DNA from: Nannocystales bacterium
GTDB taxonomy: Bacteria > Myxococcota_A > Polyangia > Nannocystales > Nannocystaceae
Reading direction: 5' to 3'
Assembly: GCA_050633305.1 (NCBI GenBank)
Contig: JBOEGF010000016.1
Span: 32,001 to 96,000, forward strand
Length of the DNA: 64,000 nt
Shown here in pieces: positions 29,513 to 39,799 of this stretch; the stretch's first letter is position 1; each line of letters starts with the position of its first letter. Below the pieces are notes generated by a model. It was not told the DNA's origin and did no database searches. It saw nothing but the letters and a program-made list of their open reading frames with translations. The position numbers and the translations under genes were made by a program.

Positions 29513-30268
29513 CTACCTCGGAAGGTGGCCGGTTTTGGCCAGCAGCTCTTCGTGCAGACCCGGCGCGCTTGCGGCGTCGACGAACCATCCGTTGCGCCAA
29601 GGCCATTCCTTCACGGCACCGCGATAGTCTGGGATCGAGCGAGAGTAGGATCTCAGCCGCTCCTTGAGGGCCTCGCGGGCGGCTTCGTCGAGGTCGAGGC
29701 CGAACGCGGGCATGCCCAGGTGCAGGAGTTCGTCGGCGAGCCGACTCAGCAGCGGGTCATGCTGCGCGACGACGTCTCCCACGGGTGCGTCGGTGTGCTC
29801 GCACAACAGGCCAAAGCAGCAGTTCCACACCAGCTTCTCCAACTCGGTCACCGCGAACGCCGTGGCGCCGGGCGTCGATGCGGGGACCTCGATGTTTCCC
29901 AGCCAGTCCGCGACGGCTTCCGCCTGCGGACCCACGAACGGGCTCTCGCCGCCTGGGCTGAGTGATGCGCCGCGGGAGGGCACAGCGAAGAACAGCAAGC
30001 CGCGGGTGCAGTCTTCGAGTCCTCGCTGGGCGAGCCACGGGCGGAGCATCCCGTTTTGGGTGAAGACCAGGCGCTTGTGTGCTGCGCTGGGCACCTTGTC
30101 CAACACGGTGGCGAGGTCGTCGTTGCGAACGGCGACGAAGATCGGCGCGTCGGACCCCTCGATCGCTTCCCACCCGTCGGTGCGGTTCACCAGCGTGTGC
30201 TCCAAGCCGGCGTCCTGAGCCCGTTGTGCAATGGCCCCGCCGACTCGTCCGGCTCCGATGATGATCAT
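29513..30268 (-). CDS. Ketopantoate reductase-like Rossmann protein
   Basis: IIGAGRVG, FTQNG, EKLVWN motifs. Confidence 0.7.
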   Translation of the reverse strand: MIIIGAGRVGGAIAQRAQDAGLEHTLVNRTDGWEAIEGSDAPIFVAVRNDDLATVLDKVPSAAHKRLVFTQNGMLRPWLAQRGLEDCTRGLLFFAVPSRGASLSPGGESPFVGPQAEAVADWLGNIEVPASTPGATAFAVTELEKLVWNCCFGLLCEHTDAPVGDVVAQHDPLLSRLADELLHLGMPAFGLDLDEAAREALKERLRSYSRSIPDYRGAVKEWPWRNGWFVDAASAPGLHEELLAKTGHLPR

Positions 30269-30286
30269 GAGCCAGACATACCAGAC

Positions 30287-31195
30287 TCAGTCGTACCGAT
30301 GGACAACACGGCGGACCTCGTCACAGGGTCGGCACAGCGCGCTGGCCAGCCCCGTATTTCGCCGCGTTCGCCCCGCCACCGCCTTGAAGACCGGCCCGCT
30401 GAGATCCTCGTCGCACTGCAAGCAGGCGTTCAACGATCCGTCAGGCTCGTGGTAGGGGGCGTCGAGAAGGTCGAGACAGACCTGCAGACACATCGTTCGT
30501 GTGTGCGTGGTGTTGTAGCCCCAGACCTGGGCGCATGGCTCGGTGAATCCCAACTCTCGTAGGCACTCGAACTGCGCTTCTTCACCCTCGGACAGACCCA
30601 ACAGGCCGCACGCGCGAACCGGTTCGGTGAGGTCGCCTTGGCGCATGTACACCGCAAGGTCTTGGAGAGGCGAGCAGACCCCGCAAGCGCCGTCGTGTGT
30701 GACCTGAGCGCCCGCCGCTTCTGCGGTCGCGTCGTCGGCAAACGTCTCCAGTGTGTACTCGCTGCCCGCGACCAGGACCGCGCAGACGGAGGATTCATCC
30801 AATGGAAAATCCTCAGGGGTCGCATACGGGTCTGCGCTCAACGGTTCAAACGCGGCGGTCAGCTCCAGGGCCTCCAATGCCTCGACGTCGGCCTCGGTGT
30901 ACTCGGGCGCTTGCCAGCCATCGAGGCATGGGCACGCTGGCCCGCACTGGTCGTCCGAGAGACCTGTGTTGTCGTTGGGTCGGCCATACAGCGCGGTGCA
31001 TTGCTCGCTGCCACTGCTCCCGTCGACCGAGCTCGAGCTCGAGCTCGAACTGGAGCCCGAGCTCGAAACCATGGAAGCGGTGCTTCCAACCGGCGCGGTG
31101 GTCATCTCGGATCCCGTGGATTCTGAAGCGTCCTCGGATGCGGGAGATGAGCTGCACCCCGTCAGGAGGGCGAGGAAGATCGCTGCGCGCTTCAT
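30287..31195 (-). CDS. Cys-rich lipoprotein
   Basis: LTGC lipobox; CGVCS...LNACLQCDEDLSGPVFKAVAGRTRRN C-terminal domain. Confidence 0.8.
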   Translation of the reverse strand: MKRAAIFLALLTGCSSSPASEDASESTGSEMTTAPVGSTASMVSSSGSSSSSSSSSVDGSSGSEQCTALYGRPNDNTGLSDDQCGPACPCLDGWQAPEYTEADVEALEALELTAAFEPLSADPYATPEDFPLDESSVCAVLVAGSEYTLETFADDATAEAAGAQVTHDGACGVCSPLQDLAVYMRQGDLTEPVRACGLLGLSEGEEAQFECLRELGFTEPCAQVWGYNTTHTRTMCLQVCLDLLDAPYHEPDGSLNACLQCDEDLSGPVFKAVAGRTRRNTGLASALCRPCDEVRRVVHRYD

Positions 31196-31224
31196 GGGCG
31201 AGCGCAGACTACCACCGCGGCTCT

Positions 31225-32022
31225 TCAGGAGCCGAACCGTGCTCCTGCGTCTCGAACCGCTTGGAGGTCGAGCGTGACCGCGATGGTGCCGGCCTCTTCC
31301 CCGGCGTCTGCGAGTACCTCACCCCACGGGCTGACGATCAGCGAGTGCCCCCAGCTGGACCGTCCTCCGCCATGCACGCCACATTGTGCAGGCGCGACCA
31401 CGAACGACTGGGTCTCGATCGCTCGAGCGCGCAGTAGCACCTCCCAGTGGGCTTCGCCGGTGGGTCGGGTGAACGCGCTGGGCACGAGCATCACGTTGGC
31501 GCCACACGCCCGCAGCCGCTGGTAGTGGGCAGGAAACCGGAGGTCGTAGCAGATCGACATCCCCAGCGAGCACGCACCAACTTCGACGACGACATCTTGT
31601 CCGGAGGCACCCGGCGCGGTGTTCCGACTCTCTTCGAGCCGCGTGCCGTCGGGGAGGGTTGCGTCGAAGAGATTCTCCTTGCGGTACTTCGCAACCACAC
31701 GACCATCACGCAGCACGAGCGCTGTGTTGAACGTGCGTCCATCGCAGGAACGCTCCGGGGTACCGCCCAGCACGATCGTTGCCTTGGACACTCGGCTGAT
31801 CTCCAAGAAGGGCGTCACCGTTGCGCCTTGCTCGGGATGGTGTTCGTCGAACGCCCACGGCAGCCGCGTCTGAAGGTCTCCGAATCCGGCGTAGCTCTCG
31901 GGAAGAGCGACGATCTCGGACGACGCTGCGGCGCTTCGGGTCCGTTCGACGGCGTCGCTCAGCGACTTGGGGTCGTAGCCGCCGGCCGAGAGCTGAACGA
32001 CTGCAAGCGAGTGGGTATTCAT
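31225..32022 (-). CDS. Carbon-nitrogen hydrolase (Nit1/deaminated glutathione amidase-like)
   Basis: Catalytic triad motifs LPE, YRK..LFD, ICYDLRFP; HWEVLLRARAIETQ. Confidence 0.9.
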   Translation of the reverse strand: MNTHSLAVVQLSAGGYDPKSLSDAVERTRSAAASSEIVALPESYAGFGDLQTRLPWAFDEHHPEQGATVTPFLEISRVSKATIVLGGTPERSCDGRTFNTALVLRDGRVVAKYRKENLFDATLPDGTRLEESRNTAPGASGQDVVVEVGACSLGMSICYDLRFPAHYQRLRACGANVMLVPSAFTRPTGEAHWEVLLRARAIETQSFVVAPAQCGVHGGGRSSWGHSLIVSPWGEVLADAGEEAGTIAVTLDLQAVRDAGARFGS

Positions 32023-32026
32023 GGGT

Positions 32027-32974
32027 TCACATCGGGACCATGCAGGAGCCAGTGTCCTCCTGGCCCGGGGGGGCCATGCCCTTCTCATAAAATGCTTGGC
32101 AAACCTGGTTGGGGTTCTCGCACGCAGGTGCCTTCAGGTTGCACGTCTCGGTGCAGCACCCCAGACCATCGCATCCGGGACCGTGGGCTGCTGCGGTGAC
32201 ACAGATGGCGCCGGGGTTGCAACTCGCGATGTTGTCACACGAGGTGCCTGGCGCGCCGGCAGAAGGCATGCCTTCCGGAACGCAAACGGCCTCGCCGTCC
32301 ATCTCGAAGCATTCCTGGCCCTCGGGGCAGTCGTCCCCCTGCGGATCGCACGTGGGCAGGCAGATGTTCAAGAACCCGCCGTTGGAGATGATGCACGTCG
32401 TGGCGGAGTCCGGGCAGGTTGGCACCTCGGCGGACCCTTGGCAGAGCGAGATGCAGGTCCCGATGTTCGTCTCCAAGTCGACATCCCAGCACATCGTCCC
32501 CGCGTCGCAGGTGTCGAATCCAGAAACAACGCCGCCCACGACCTCGCACAGCTCATCGGGCTGGCCCGGCGAGTCCGCTACGGGGAAGCACCCCAGCGCG
32601 TTCCAGGCACCTCCCCCATCGTCTGCGTACGGGTTGCACTTCTCTGTGTCGGGGCAGTCCTGGAGGTAGGAGTCACACGCGACGATGCCACCCGGGTCGG
32701 TGTCCATACCGCCCGTGTCGGTGTCCATGGGCTCGACAGGATCAATGGGGTCGACGGGGCCGCCGGACCCTGAACTCGAGTCGCCGCTGGGCGTGGAAGA
32801 GCTACTGGGAGACGCGCTGGAGGACGTGCCGTCTGGTTCTGCGGACGTTGTTGTCTCGGGGGGGACACCGGAGCTCGAGGTCTCGCCACGCGCTTCGGGG
32901 GTGGAGACCGCTGGCCCACATGCCAGGGCGGTGAGGCCCGCGAGGAGGACCGAATATCGAAGTGTCGAGTTCAT
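32027..32974 (-). CDS. Cys-rich lipoprotein (paralogue of 52287-53246)
   Basis: ALAC lipobox; CD..QDCP..EKC.P.A.DGG..WN...C motif shared with 52287-53246. Confidence 0.8.
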   Translation of the reverse strand: MNSTLRYSVLLAGLTALACGPAVSTPEARGETSSSGVPPETTTSAEPDGTSSSASPSSSSTPSGDSSSGSGGPVDPIDPVEPMDTDTGGMDTDPGGIVACDSYLQDCPDTEKCNPYADDGGGAWNALGCFPVADSPGQPDELCEVVGGVVSGFDTCDAGTMCWDVDLETNIGTCISLCQGSAEVPTCPDSATTCIISNGGFLNICLPTCDPQGDDCPEGQECFEMDGEAVCVPEGMPSAGAPGTSCDNIASCNPGAICVTAAAHGPGCDGLGCCTETCNLKAPACENPNQVCQAFYEKGMAPPGQEDTGSCMVPM

Positions 32975-33097
32975 CGGCGTGGAGGGGCTTCGGGCGAGAG
33001 GAAGAAGAAGCCGCCCCGAACGCATGCGGCGATTTTACATGGTCCGTGCAACCCGCAATGCTCGTGTCCGTCTTGTCCTCCTGGACACCACGTCGTT

Positions 33098-33472
33098 ATG
33101 AAGCTGCCCACACAAGCCCCCGTCGACAAACTCGCACTTCAAGCCTACCTGCAGCAGGCGTTTCCGGCCTTCGAGGTTGTCCCTCGGCAGTCGTTCTTGG
33201 TGGTCAAGAAAAGCGGCTGGGTCGGCGCCAACGTCGTGGTGAAGAAGAACAAGGTCATCGTGGTGGGCAACTTCGGCTCGATGGGCCTGCAGATGCTCTT
33301 CATTCTGGCCGTCGTGTTGCTCGGGTTTCTGATTCCGATCGTGCTGTACCTGATCTTCGTCTTCGGCAAACAGCGCGCGCTCGAGAAAGAGGTCGGGGCG
33401 GTCGTGCAGCAGTACATCGTCGGCGGCGCGCAGCAAGCGGCCGCGCCCGCGGGATACGCCCCTGCGATGTAA
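33098..33472 (+). CDS. Small membrane protein
   Basis: Strong GC3 bias, long hydrophobic hairpin. Confidence 0.75.
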   Translation: MKLPTQAPVDKLALQAYLQQAFPAFEVVPRQSFLVVKKSGWVGANVVVKKNKVIVVGNFGSMGLQMLFILAVVLLGFLIPIVLYLIFVFGKQRALEKEVGAVVQQYIVGGAQQAAAPAGYAPAM

Positions 33473-33557
33473 CGGTCGTCGCACGGTCGTGTGTGCGGGT
33501 GTTCAGCCCGCCCACGCTGCGGCCGCGGTCAGGCCGTAGTCGGGCCCTCGAGCGAGG

Positions 33558-34691
33558 TCAGCCGTCTTCGGGGACGGACATCTTCCGCTCGCGGAGCACC
33601 TTTTTCACCATTGCCCACACGGCTCCTGCATCGCTTCCTACATCGTCCCAACGCCCCGCGAATCGCCCGCAGAAGCTGCTCTTGAGGACCTCGGGCAGCG
33701 TGCTCACGTCTCCGGCGAACAGCGGGTGCTTCATGTAGATACATGCCTCCTCGGTCGCTCGAACGGACAGGCTTGCGGGGAGGTCGTCGCTGTTCCGCAC
33801 CGCATCCGCCACGGCGACGCAGTGCTCGATCACGCCGACGGGGAGCCCCTCGTGTCGACCCTGCAGCAGCTTCACCTCCTCGGCTGGCGGCAGATACGTC
33901 ATCTGAAGGGGAGCGAAGCGGTCGAGCTGAGCCGCGTCGATGCCGAATGTTGCGGAGAACTGGCTGCCGCGGTTGACTGCAGCGACGAACTGAACGTTGG
34001 CCGGGATATCGATGAACCGGTTCTCGATCGGATGGAACACCTTTCGAGTGCTGTCGAGCGCGGGCATCAGCGCGTTGCGTGCCGTCTCTTGGCAGCGGTT
34101 GAGCTCGTCGAGGAACACGAGGTAGCGCTTCTCCGGACTGGCGTGCGCATCTTCGAGGGCCAGGAGGACGTCGGTCTTCACAAAGTCGGTTACCGGGGCG
34201 CCGCTGTCCGATGCGCGCACCTGAATGGTGGCGAAGAAGTCGGTAGCTTCGACGACGGCGCCGCAGTTGAAGAAGACGAACTCCATGCCCAGCGTGGTCG
34301 CGATCGCATGCGCGAGGACGGTCTTCCCGCATCCCTGAGGGCCATCGAGCAAGATGTTGAGCCCGCTCTCCAGCAACACCTGGAGCTTCTTGCTGATGAC
34401 GGGGTCGAGATAGACTCCTTCGATGCGGAACGGCGCGGGGCCGACGTAGTCCACTTCGATCGAGCCACGGTCGTCACGTTCGGGCTTGTTGATCGCCGCG
34501 ACGCGCACCATGCACGGGGCTCCTGCCACGATGCGTTTGTCGGTGCTCAGCACCACCTTGGGCGCGCGCCGCCCGTCGAGGTGGGTTGCCCGTAGCTTGT
34601 GCTTCGAGTCCTCCTGCGGGTTCGGCCAGAACACGGCCTCGAGCACCTTGCCCACGGTGAGCTCTTCGATCTTCCATTTTTGTCCTGCCAT
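33558..34691 (-). CDS. MoxR/CbbQ-type AAA+ ATPase with extra N-terminal beta domain
   Basis: Walker A GPQGCGKT, Walker B VFLDELNR, AAVN, LDRF; start MAGQKW. Confidence 0.9.
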   Translation of the reverse strand: MAGQKWKIEELTVGKVLEAVFWPNPQEDSKHKLRATHLDGRRAPKVVLSTDKRIVAGAPCMVRVAAINKPERDDRGSIEVDYVGPAPFRIEGVYLDPVISKKLQVLLESGLNILLDGPQGCGKTVLAHAIATTLGMEFVFFNCGAVVEATDFFATIQVRASDSGAPVTDFVKTDVLLALEDAHASPEKRYLVFLDELNRCQETARNALMPALDSTRKVFHPIENRFIDIPANVQFVAAVNRGSQFSATFGIDAAQLDRFAPLQMTYLPPAEEVKLLQGRHEGLPVGVIEHCVAVADAVRNSDDLPASLSVRATEEACIYMKHPLFAGDVSTLPEVLKSSFCGRFAGRWDDVGSDAGAVWAMVKKVLRERKMSVPEDG

Positions 34692-34714
34692 GAGTCGTCG
34701 TTCTTGGGTGGGGG

Positions 34715-37700
34715 TCAGCGTTGCAGGGCGCGGCGGGCGAGGCTGGAGATGATCTCTCCAAAGCGCCGCACCGCGCGGTTGAGCTCGGGGTCGAGCAGTT
34801 CGATGTAGTGCGGAAAGCAAACCTCGGTCAGTGGGCGGACAGCCACCTGGGCGCAGACGATGCCCTTGCGTCGGGTGAGTTGGTCGACAAGGTTGCGCAG
34901 AGAGTGGACCGAGCACTCGGTTGGTAGACCGTCCGAGATCATGACCAGGATTTTGGCCCGGCGGCGGGAGGCAGCGGCGACCGAAGCGGCGTGATGGAGG
35001 CCGGCTGCGTCGTTGTTGCCGCCTCCTGGTTTGAGCGTGGTGACGGCGCAGTTGTTTTCGTCGCCAGCGTCGTAGATCACCCGGTCGGTAAAGCCAAAGA
35101 AGCGCGCGTCGATCCCCGGGAGTCCGCGGGCGGCCTCGGCCAGCAGCACCCCAAACCGGTGCGCCTTCTCCATGCTTCCGCCCGCGGACATCGAGCCCGA
35201 GCAGTCGATGACCACGCCGATGAAGAGGTCGGTCTGAACCTCGAGCTCTCGGGCGATGAGCATCCGGGGATCTCGCCGGGTGACGACCGCTTTGAGCCGA
35301 GTCCGGTCGAAGGCCCGGCCGCGCATGCGACCACGCTTGGAAACCATGGCCAGCCCGATCTCTTCGAAATAGGTCCGCAGCCTGAACGCGTAGCGACGCA
35401 CCTCCACCGCGAGGCTCCGGTGTCGGTCTCGATCGGTGGCGACGCGCTCGACCTTGCGGATCTCGGAAAAACCGGCGTCGGACCCCACGTTGATCTGAAG
35501 TGCGCCGGGCCGCCCTGAGCCCCCATCCGTTGCGGACGCGCTTGGGGGCTTGAGGATGCGTTCGACTTCTTGTTGAACTTCGGCATCGCCAATGCCGCTG
35601 CCGTGAACGGAGCCCTCTCGCTCGCCCCACTCGAGCGACTCGTGCCCACCGTACGCCTCGGCGAGGTCGCTCTGCGAGCCGTACATGAGGGAGAGCTCAA
35701 TGGCGATCTCGTACAGCCCCCGCATGTCTTTGTGCCGGAACCCCCCCTTGAACAATGAGAGGGCTCGGCCCAGCAGCGGATCGTCGTGGCGGTTTCCCAG
35801 GCCCATCCGCATCGCGCGGACAAAACGAGCAAATGGGTGGCCGCGGCGGTCGAGTTCGCGAAGCACCAGACCGCTGTCGACGACAACACTCGCCGGATCG
35901 AACGCGACGCCAAGTGGACGAGCTGACAACGCCTCGAAGGTGGAAGCCTGCAGCATCAGGAGAAGCTTCTGAACCTCCAGCTCGCGGTTGGTGTGCTGAA
36001 ACGCGTAGGCGGCCAATCGCTTGAGGCGGTCCCCGTAGCTCGCATCGACCGCGCGTAGGCGTCGCTCGAGGTGTTCGTCCGCGACGAGGTTGAGCAGGCT
36101 GCCGATGCCCTCCTTGACCGCGCGCTTCCACAGGCGCTGGGATTCAGGGTCCCGGTGATACAGATGGTGGCCGTACTCGTGAAGGATGAGCGCCTCGACC
36201 ACGTCCTTGCCGTGCCGGTCGCCACGCAACAGCGGCAGGGGCGAGACGTAGATCGTGTTCTCCGTCATCCGCGTGTAGCCAAGGTCCTGACGGCGGTCCG
36301 TCATGTGGACCGAGAAGAAGTGCCCGGTCAGCTCTCGACCCTTTCGAACGCCCCAGGCGAAGAGTTCTGAAACTTGGCCGAGCTTCACGTCCCGCAACGC
36401 ACCCCCGGAGACCTCGGCGACCAGAGCCTCGCGGACCTTGGAGTCCTGGCCGTGAAGGAGCATGCGTTGGAGTGCGTCGTTGCGGACGCCAGCCTGGACG
36501 GCGTCCGCGCGGATCAGCGCAAGGCAGCGGTCTTCACCGCAGAAGTCTGGCCCTCCGAGAAGGGCCGCGTCGAGGGCGTGTTGCGCGACAGTGTTGTGCT
36601 CGGCGTGGTTGATGGTCGCGTCGTAGAGCCACGGGTAGCTCTTGGTGTCGGGGTCGAAGACCTGTGCGAGACAGACCATGATGCCGCTTCGATCGCCGTG
36701 GGCGAGCAAGCGGCGGGCGGTGGCCCGTCGGAGAAACGTGGGCCGATGAACACCTGCGCGCAAGAACACACGAAGTGCGCAGAGCGATTGGTCGTCGTCG
36801 CCTCCGTGCTCGAGCAACCAAGTCACCGCACGTTGGTACGCGTGCGGGTGGATGGACCCGGTCAGTGCGGTGCTCAGCGTGCGCTTGTCGGGGACGAGTT
36901 GCACCAGCAGGCCCCAGTCTTTGGTGGTGAGCCAGGTGGACGGGCTCGGAGCCGCGACCGCCGCCAAGGCCACGATGCCCCAGCCTTCCTCCGGTCGCAG
37001 GTGCAGTCCCACGGCGATACGAAACCGGTGTTGGGCAGGCGTGGCGTTGCTGCGGGCGAGCACTCGGACTTGTTCGAGCGCGTCGCCGTCCTTCCATCGG
37101 CTGACGGACTCGGCGACGACGAGCAGGGCTGTCTCGGACGGAGGTTCGACGAGCAGTCCCGCCAAGGCTCGTTGCCCCTGTGCACCGAGAGCGACCAGTC
37201 GGAGCGTCGCCTCGTGGACGACCGCCTCATTGGCAGAACTGCATGAGCGGAGCAGCCACCCTGTGTCCGATGAACCACGGATCGCGGCCAGCCGATCTTC
37301 GCCGAGCTTCACCACGCGCCGCCTCGCAGGTGTGGCCCGGGCTCCAAGGCCATCGATGCGAACCCAACGGTCCAGCTCGCGGCGGGTCGCAGCGTCCATG
37401 TCGGGAGCGAGCATGATGACCCGGTCGCGAAGCCTCTCGAGGTGCTCGGTGGCGAACGTCGTCAAATGAAAGGCCGCGAGCATTCGTGCCGCGCTCGCGC
37501 CAATATCGGTGTCGAGGTGTTCGACCAGCAACGTCATCACCTCTGCGGTGGCCCACGGACGCATGCGGGCGCTCTGTCGATAGCGTCGCAGCAACACCAC
37601 GTGCGAGATGCCTTCCCACAGGAGGCGGCGGGGCAGGGCCTCGTCGAGACTGGCGGAGCGGCGGAGCGCTTGCGCAAGACCGCCACGCATGCCGTCGATC

Positions 37701-39799
37701 CAGGTGAGCAGCGCGAACCCGTGATTTTCCCAGCGATGCAGGAGAGCGTTGGCCAGCGGAGGAAGCGCGGGGTTGTTCTCCCAGAGCTCGACGGCGAGGG
37801 GCGCGAGTGACTGGATGAACGCATCGGTGCCCTCGCCAAATCGGTCGAGTTGCGCCGCGACGTTGTTCATGCGGTCGGCGCAAGCCACCAGTGCCACGCA
37901 GACATGAATGCTCGGGGCACTGGGCGTCCCTCGACGAGCGAGCGCGCTACACAGGCCGTGGCAGGGGGATGCGAAGGCCGATGCAAGGGCGCCTGGTAGC
38001 GCGGCCTCTGTGGCCCCCGCGATCGCGTCCATTTCCGCGAGGGTCAGCGAGTGCACGCCGAGCGCTCTCTTGGAGCTGGTCGGGGCCGGTGTGCGAAGCA
38101 GGTTGAGCGTCGACGCAGCCCAGTTCGCGATGTCTGGGGTGTCGTGCTGACGCAGTGCGGAGGCGATGGCCTGCTCGGCGTCGCGCGGGATGCTCAGCGA
38201 CCCAGCGTGGACGCAGAAGGATCCTTGCGCATCGGTACCGAGGCTGAGGACCGCCCGAACGAGCTCGTCCGCGTCGTGATTGTGCAGCACGTCCTGCAGC
38301 ACCCCGAGCGTGCGTTCGTCGGTGGCGGTGGGGAGAAGTGCTGTGAGCAGACGGCGGAGGTCGGCGCCCTGGCTGTTGGCGCACAGGAGCGCGGTCAGCT
38401 TGGACAGCTGCTTCTTGGTGCCGCCCGTGCCCGGCGAAGACGCGACACGGATGAGGACTTCCGCGGCGGTGGAGGAGTCGAGCGAGTCGATGACTCGGTC
38501 GAGCAGCGTCGGTGGTGCGTCCTCCTTGGCGTTGTGCTTGGCCGCGGATGAAAGCAGGAGCCAATGAGGAGCGGCGGCCGCGATGAACCCGACGGCGGCA
38601 CCGGGATCCAGGGCGCGCATACCCGAGATGAACCACTGGGGGCCTCCGTCCGCATCGTCGGGAAGCTCGGCGAGCATGGTCCATGCGCCCGGTGTTGCGA
38701 CGGCCGCCGCGAGCAGTGCTTCGTCACCCGCGATGTCCCTCAGGGTTGCAACGCCCCGCCCCGGGATGAAGCTGGCCAGCAGCGCTGCGGTTGTGAGGTC
38801 GAAGGACTCTGCTGAGCCGACCAAGGGGCTTGCGAGCAACGTCTCGATCAGCGCCGGCTTGACGCGGAGGAGCCGGGCTCGGTGTGTGCGGAGGCCGAGC
38901 ACGGCCCCCTTGCGCGCCTCGAGGGGCAGGGCCGAGCTGCGAAGAAGGCTGGGGTGGCATGCCACCGCGAGCTGAAGCGTTTCGGGGAGGTGTTCGTCAC
39001 GCTGCCCGTGAAGCAACAACGAGAAGGCTGCCCGAGATCGGAGGGAGCCGCCCTTGGCGAGGACGGCTTCGGCGAGACTCCGGATGAGCGCCGAGCGGGA
39101 CTGGTCGCACGCCCAATAGACCCGGCACCACAAGTCGAGCACGTCCCGCCCTTCGTGGGCGAGTGGTATGCCCCCTTCGAAGGTTGCGAGGGAAGTCCCG
39201 ACGAAGTCTGCTGTGCGGCGAACACTGTGGCTTAGGAGGCTGCGCAGGTCGCTGACCGGCGCGTTGGCCAGCGCGTCTCCGGCTTCGATGGCGTCCACAT
39301 GCCCGCGCAGAAGCATGTCAAACACCAACCCGCTAGGTTTCTTGGGCCACGGAGCTTCCCGGGCCAACCCTCGAAGTTCGGGGTCTGCTCGCAGGTATGT
39401 CGCCAGCGACTGCATCGCCCGGGGGGGTTCTGTCTCGAGTGCGAGGCGCCGCACGTCCTCCCGGGGGTGGAACACGGCATGCGCCCATCGCTTCGGAGCG
39501 GTCCCGCAGCTCGCCCGCAGTGCGCGCACGGCCATGCTCCGTACGTGGGCCTCGGGGTCATCGAGTGCGGCTGCGATGCGCTCGAAACCACCATGTCCCT
39601 TGGTGCCACCCAACAGTGAAACGGCCGCACCGCGGAGAAGTCCCGAGGGGTGACGAAGCAGCGCGTCGACGAAACCTAAGAACGGAGCCCGGTGGTGGAA
39701 TGCGAGTTCGCACAGCGTGTGAAGCATCGCGGCGAGGCCTTCGAGGTCCTCGTCGTCGTCGATGTTCGTCAATCGCTCCCAGAGCTCGAGATCGTTCAT
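34715..39799 (-). CDS. Giant HEAT-repeat / HExxH / von Willebrand A protein
   Basis: N-terminal HEAT (ALDDPEAHVRSMAVRAL), ILHEYGHH + NLVADEHLE, C-terminal MIDAS DCSGS, GGNND, MISDGLP. Confidence 0.85.
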   Translation of the reverse strand: MNDLELWERLTNIDDDEDLEGLAAMLHTLCELAFHHRAPFLGFVDALLRHPSGLLRGAAVSLLGGTKGHGGFERIAAALDDPEAHVRSMAVRALRASCGTAPKRWAHAVFHPREDVRRLALETEPPRAMQSLATYLRADPELRGLAREAPWPKKPSGLVFDMLLRGHVDAIEAGDALANAPVSDLRSLLSHSVRRTADFVGTSLATFEGGIPLAHEGRDVLDLWCRVYWACDQSRSALIRSLAEAVLAKGGSLRSRAAFSLLLHGQRDEHLPETLQLAVACHPSLLRSSALPLEARKGAVLGLRTHRARLLRVKPALIETLLASPLVGSAESFDLTTAALLASFIPGRGVATLRDIAGDEALLAAAVATPGAWTMLAELPDDADGGPQWFISGMRALDPGAAVGFIAAAAPHWLLLSSAAKHNAKEDAPPTLLDRVIDSLDSSTAAEVLIRVASSPGTGGTKKQLSKLTALLCANSQGADLRRLLTALLPTATDERTLGVLQDVLHNHDADELVRAVLSLGTDAQGSFCVHAGSLSIPRDAEQAIASALRQHDTPDIANWAASTLNLLRTPAPTSSKRALGVHSLTLAEMDAIAGATEAALPGALASAFASPCHGLCSALARRGTPSAPSIHVCVALVACADRMNNVAAQLDRFGEGTDAFIQSLAPLAVELWENNPALPPLANALLHRWENHGFALLTWIDGMRGGLAQALRRSASLDEALPRRLLWEGISHVVLLRRYRQSARMRPWATAEVMTLLVEHLDTDIGASAARMLAAFHLTTFATEHLERLRDRVIMLAPDMDAATRRELDRWVRIDGLGARATPARRRVVKLGEDRLAAIRGSSDTGWLLRSCSSANEAVVHEATLRLVALGAQGQRALAGLLVEPPSETALLVVAESVSRWKDGDALEQVRVLARSNATPAQHRFRIAVGLHLRPEEGWGIVALAAVAAPSPSTWLTTKDWGLLVQLVPDKRTLSTALTGSIHPHAYQRAVTWLLEHGGDDDQSLCALRVFLRAGVHRPTFLRRATARRLLAHGDRSGIMVCLAQVFDPDTKSYPWLYDATINHAEHNTVAQHALDAALLGGPDFCGEDRCLALIRADAVQAGVRNDALQRMLLHGQDSKVREALVAEVSGGALRDVKLGQVSELFAWGVRKGRELTGHFFSVHMTDRRQDLGYTRMTENTIYVSPLPLLRGDRHGKDVVEALILHEYGHHLYHRDPESQRLWKRAVKEGIGSLLNLVADEHLERRLRAVDASYGDRLKRLAAYAFQHTNRELEVQKLLLMLQASTFEALSARPLGVAFDPASVVVDSGLVLRELDRRGHPFARFVRAMRMGLGNRHDDPLLGRALSLFKGGFRHKDMRGLYEIAIELSLMYGSQSDLAEAYGGHESLEWGEREGSVHGSGIGDAEVQQEVERILKPPSASATDGGSGRPGALQINVGSDAGFSEIRKVERVATDRDRHRSLAVEVRRYAFRLRTYFEEIGLAMVSKRGRMRGRAFDRTRLKAVVTRRDPRMLIARELEVQTDLFIGVVIDCSGSMSAGGSMEKAHRFGVLLAEAARGLPGIDARFFGFTDRVIYDAGDENNCAVTTLKPGGGNNDAAGLHHAASVAAASRRRAKILVMISDGLPTECSVHSLRNLVDQLTRRKGIVCAQVAVRPLTEVCFPHYIELLDPELNRAVRRFGEIISSLARRALQR

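Noticed and set aside
31030..31066. GAGCTC tandem repeats
   Set aside because: Poly-Ser linker codons; not CRISPR or regulatory
34692..35630. N-terminal 313 aa of the 690-aa AAA ORF
   Set aside because: Overlaps the vWA domain in another frame; the real start is MAGQKW at 34691
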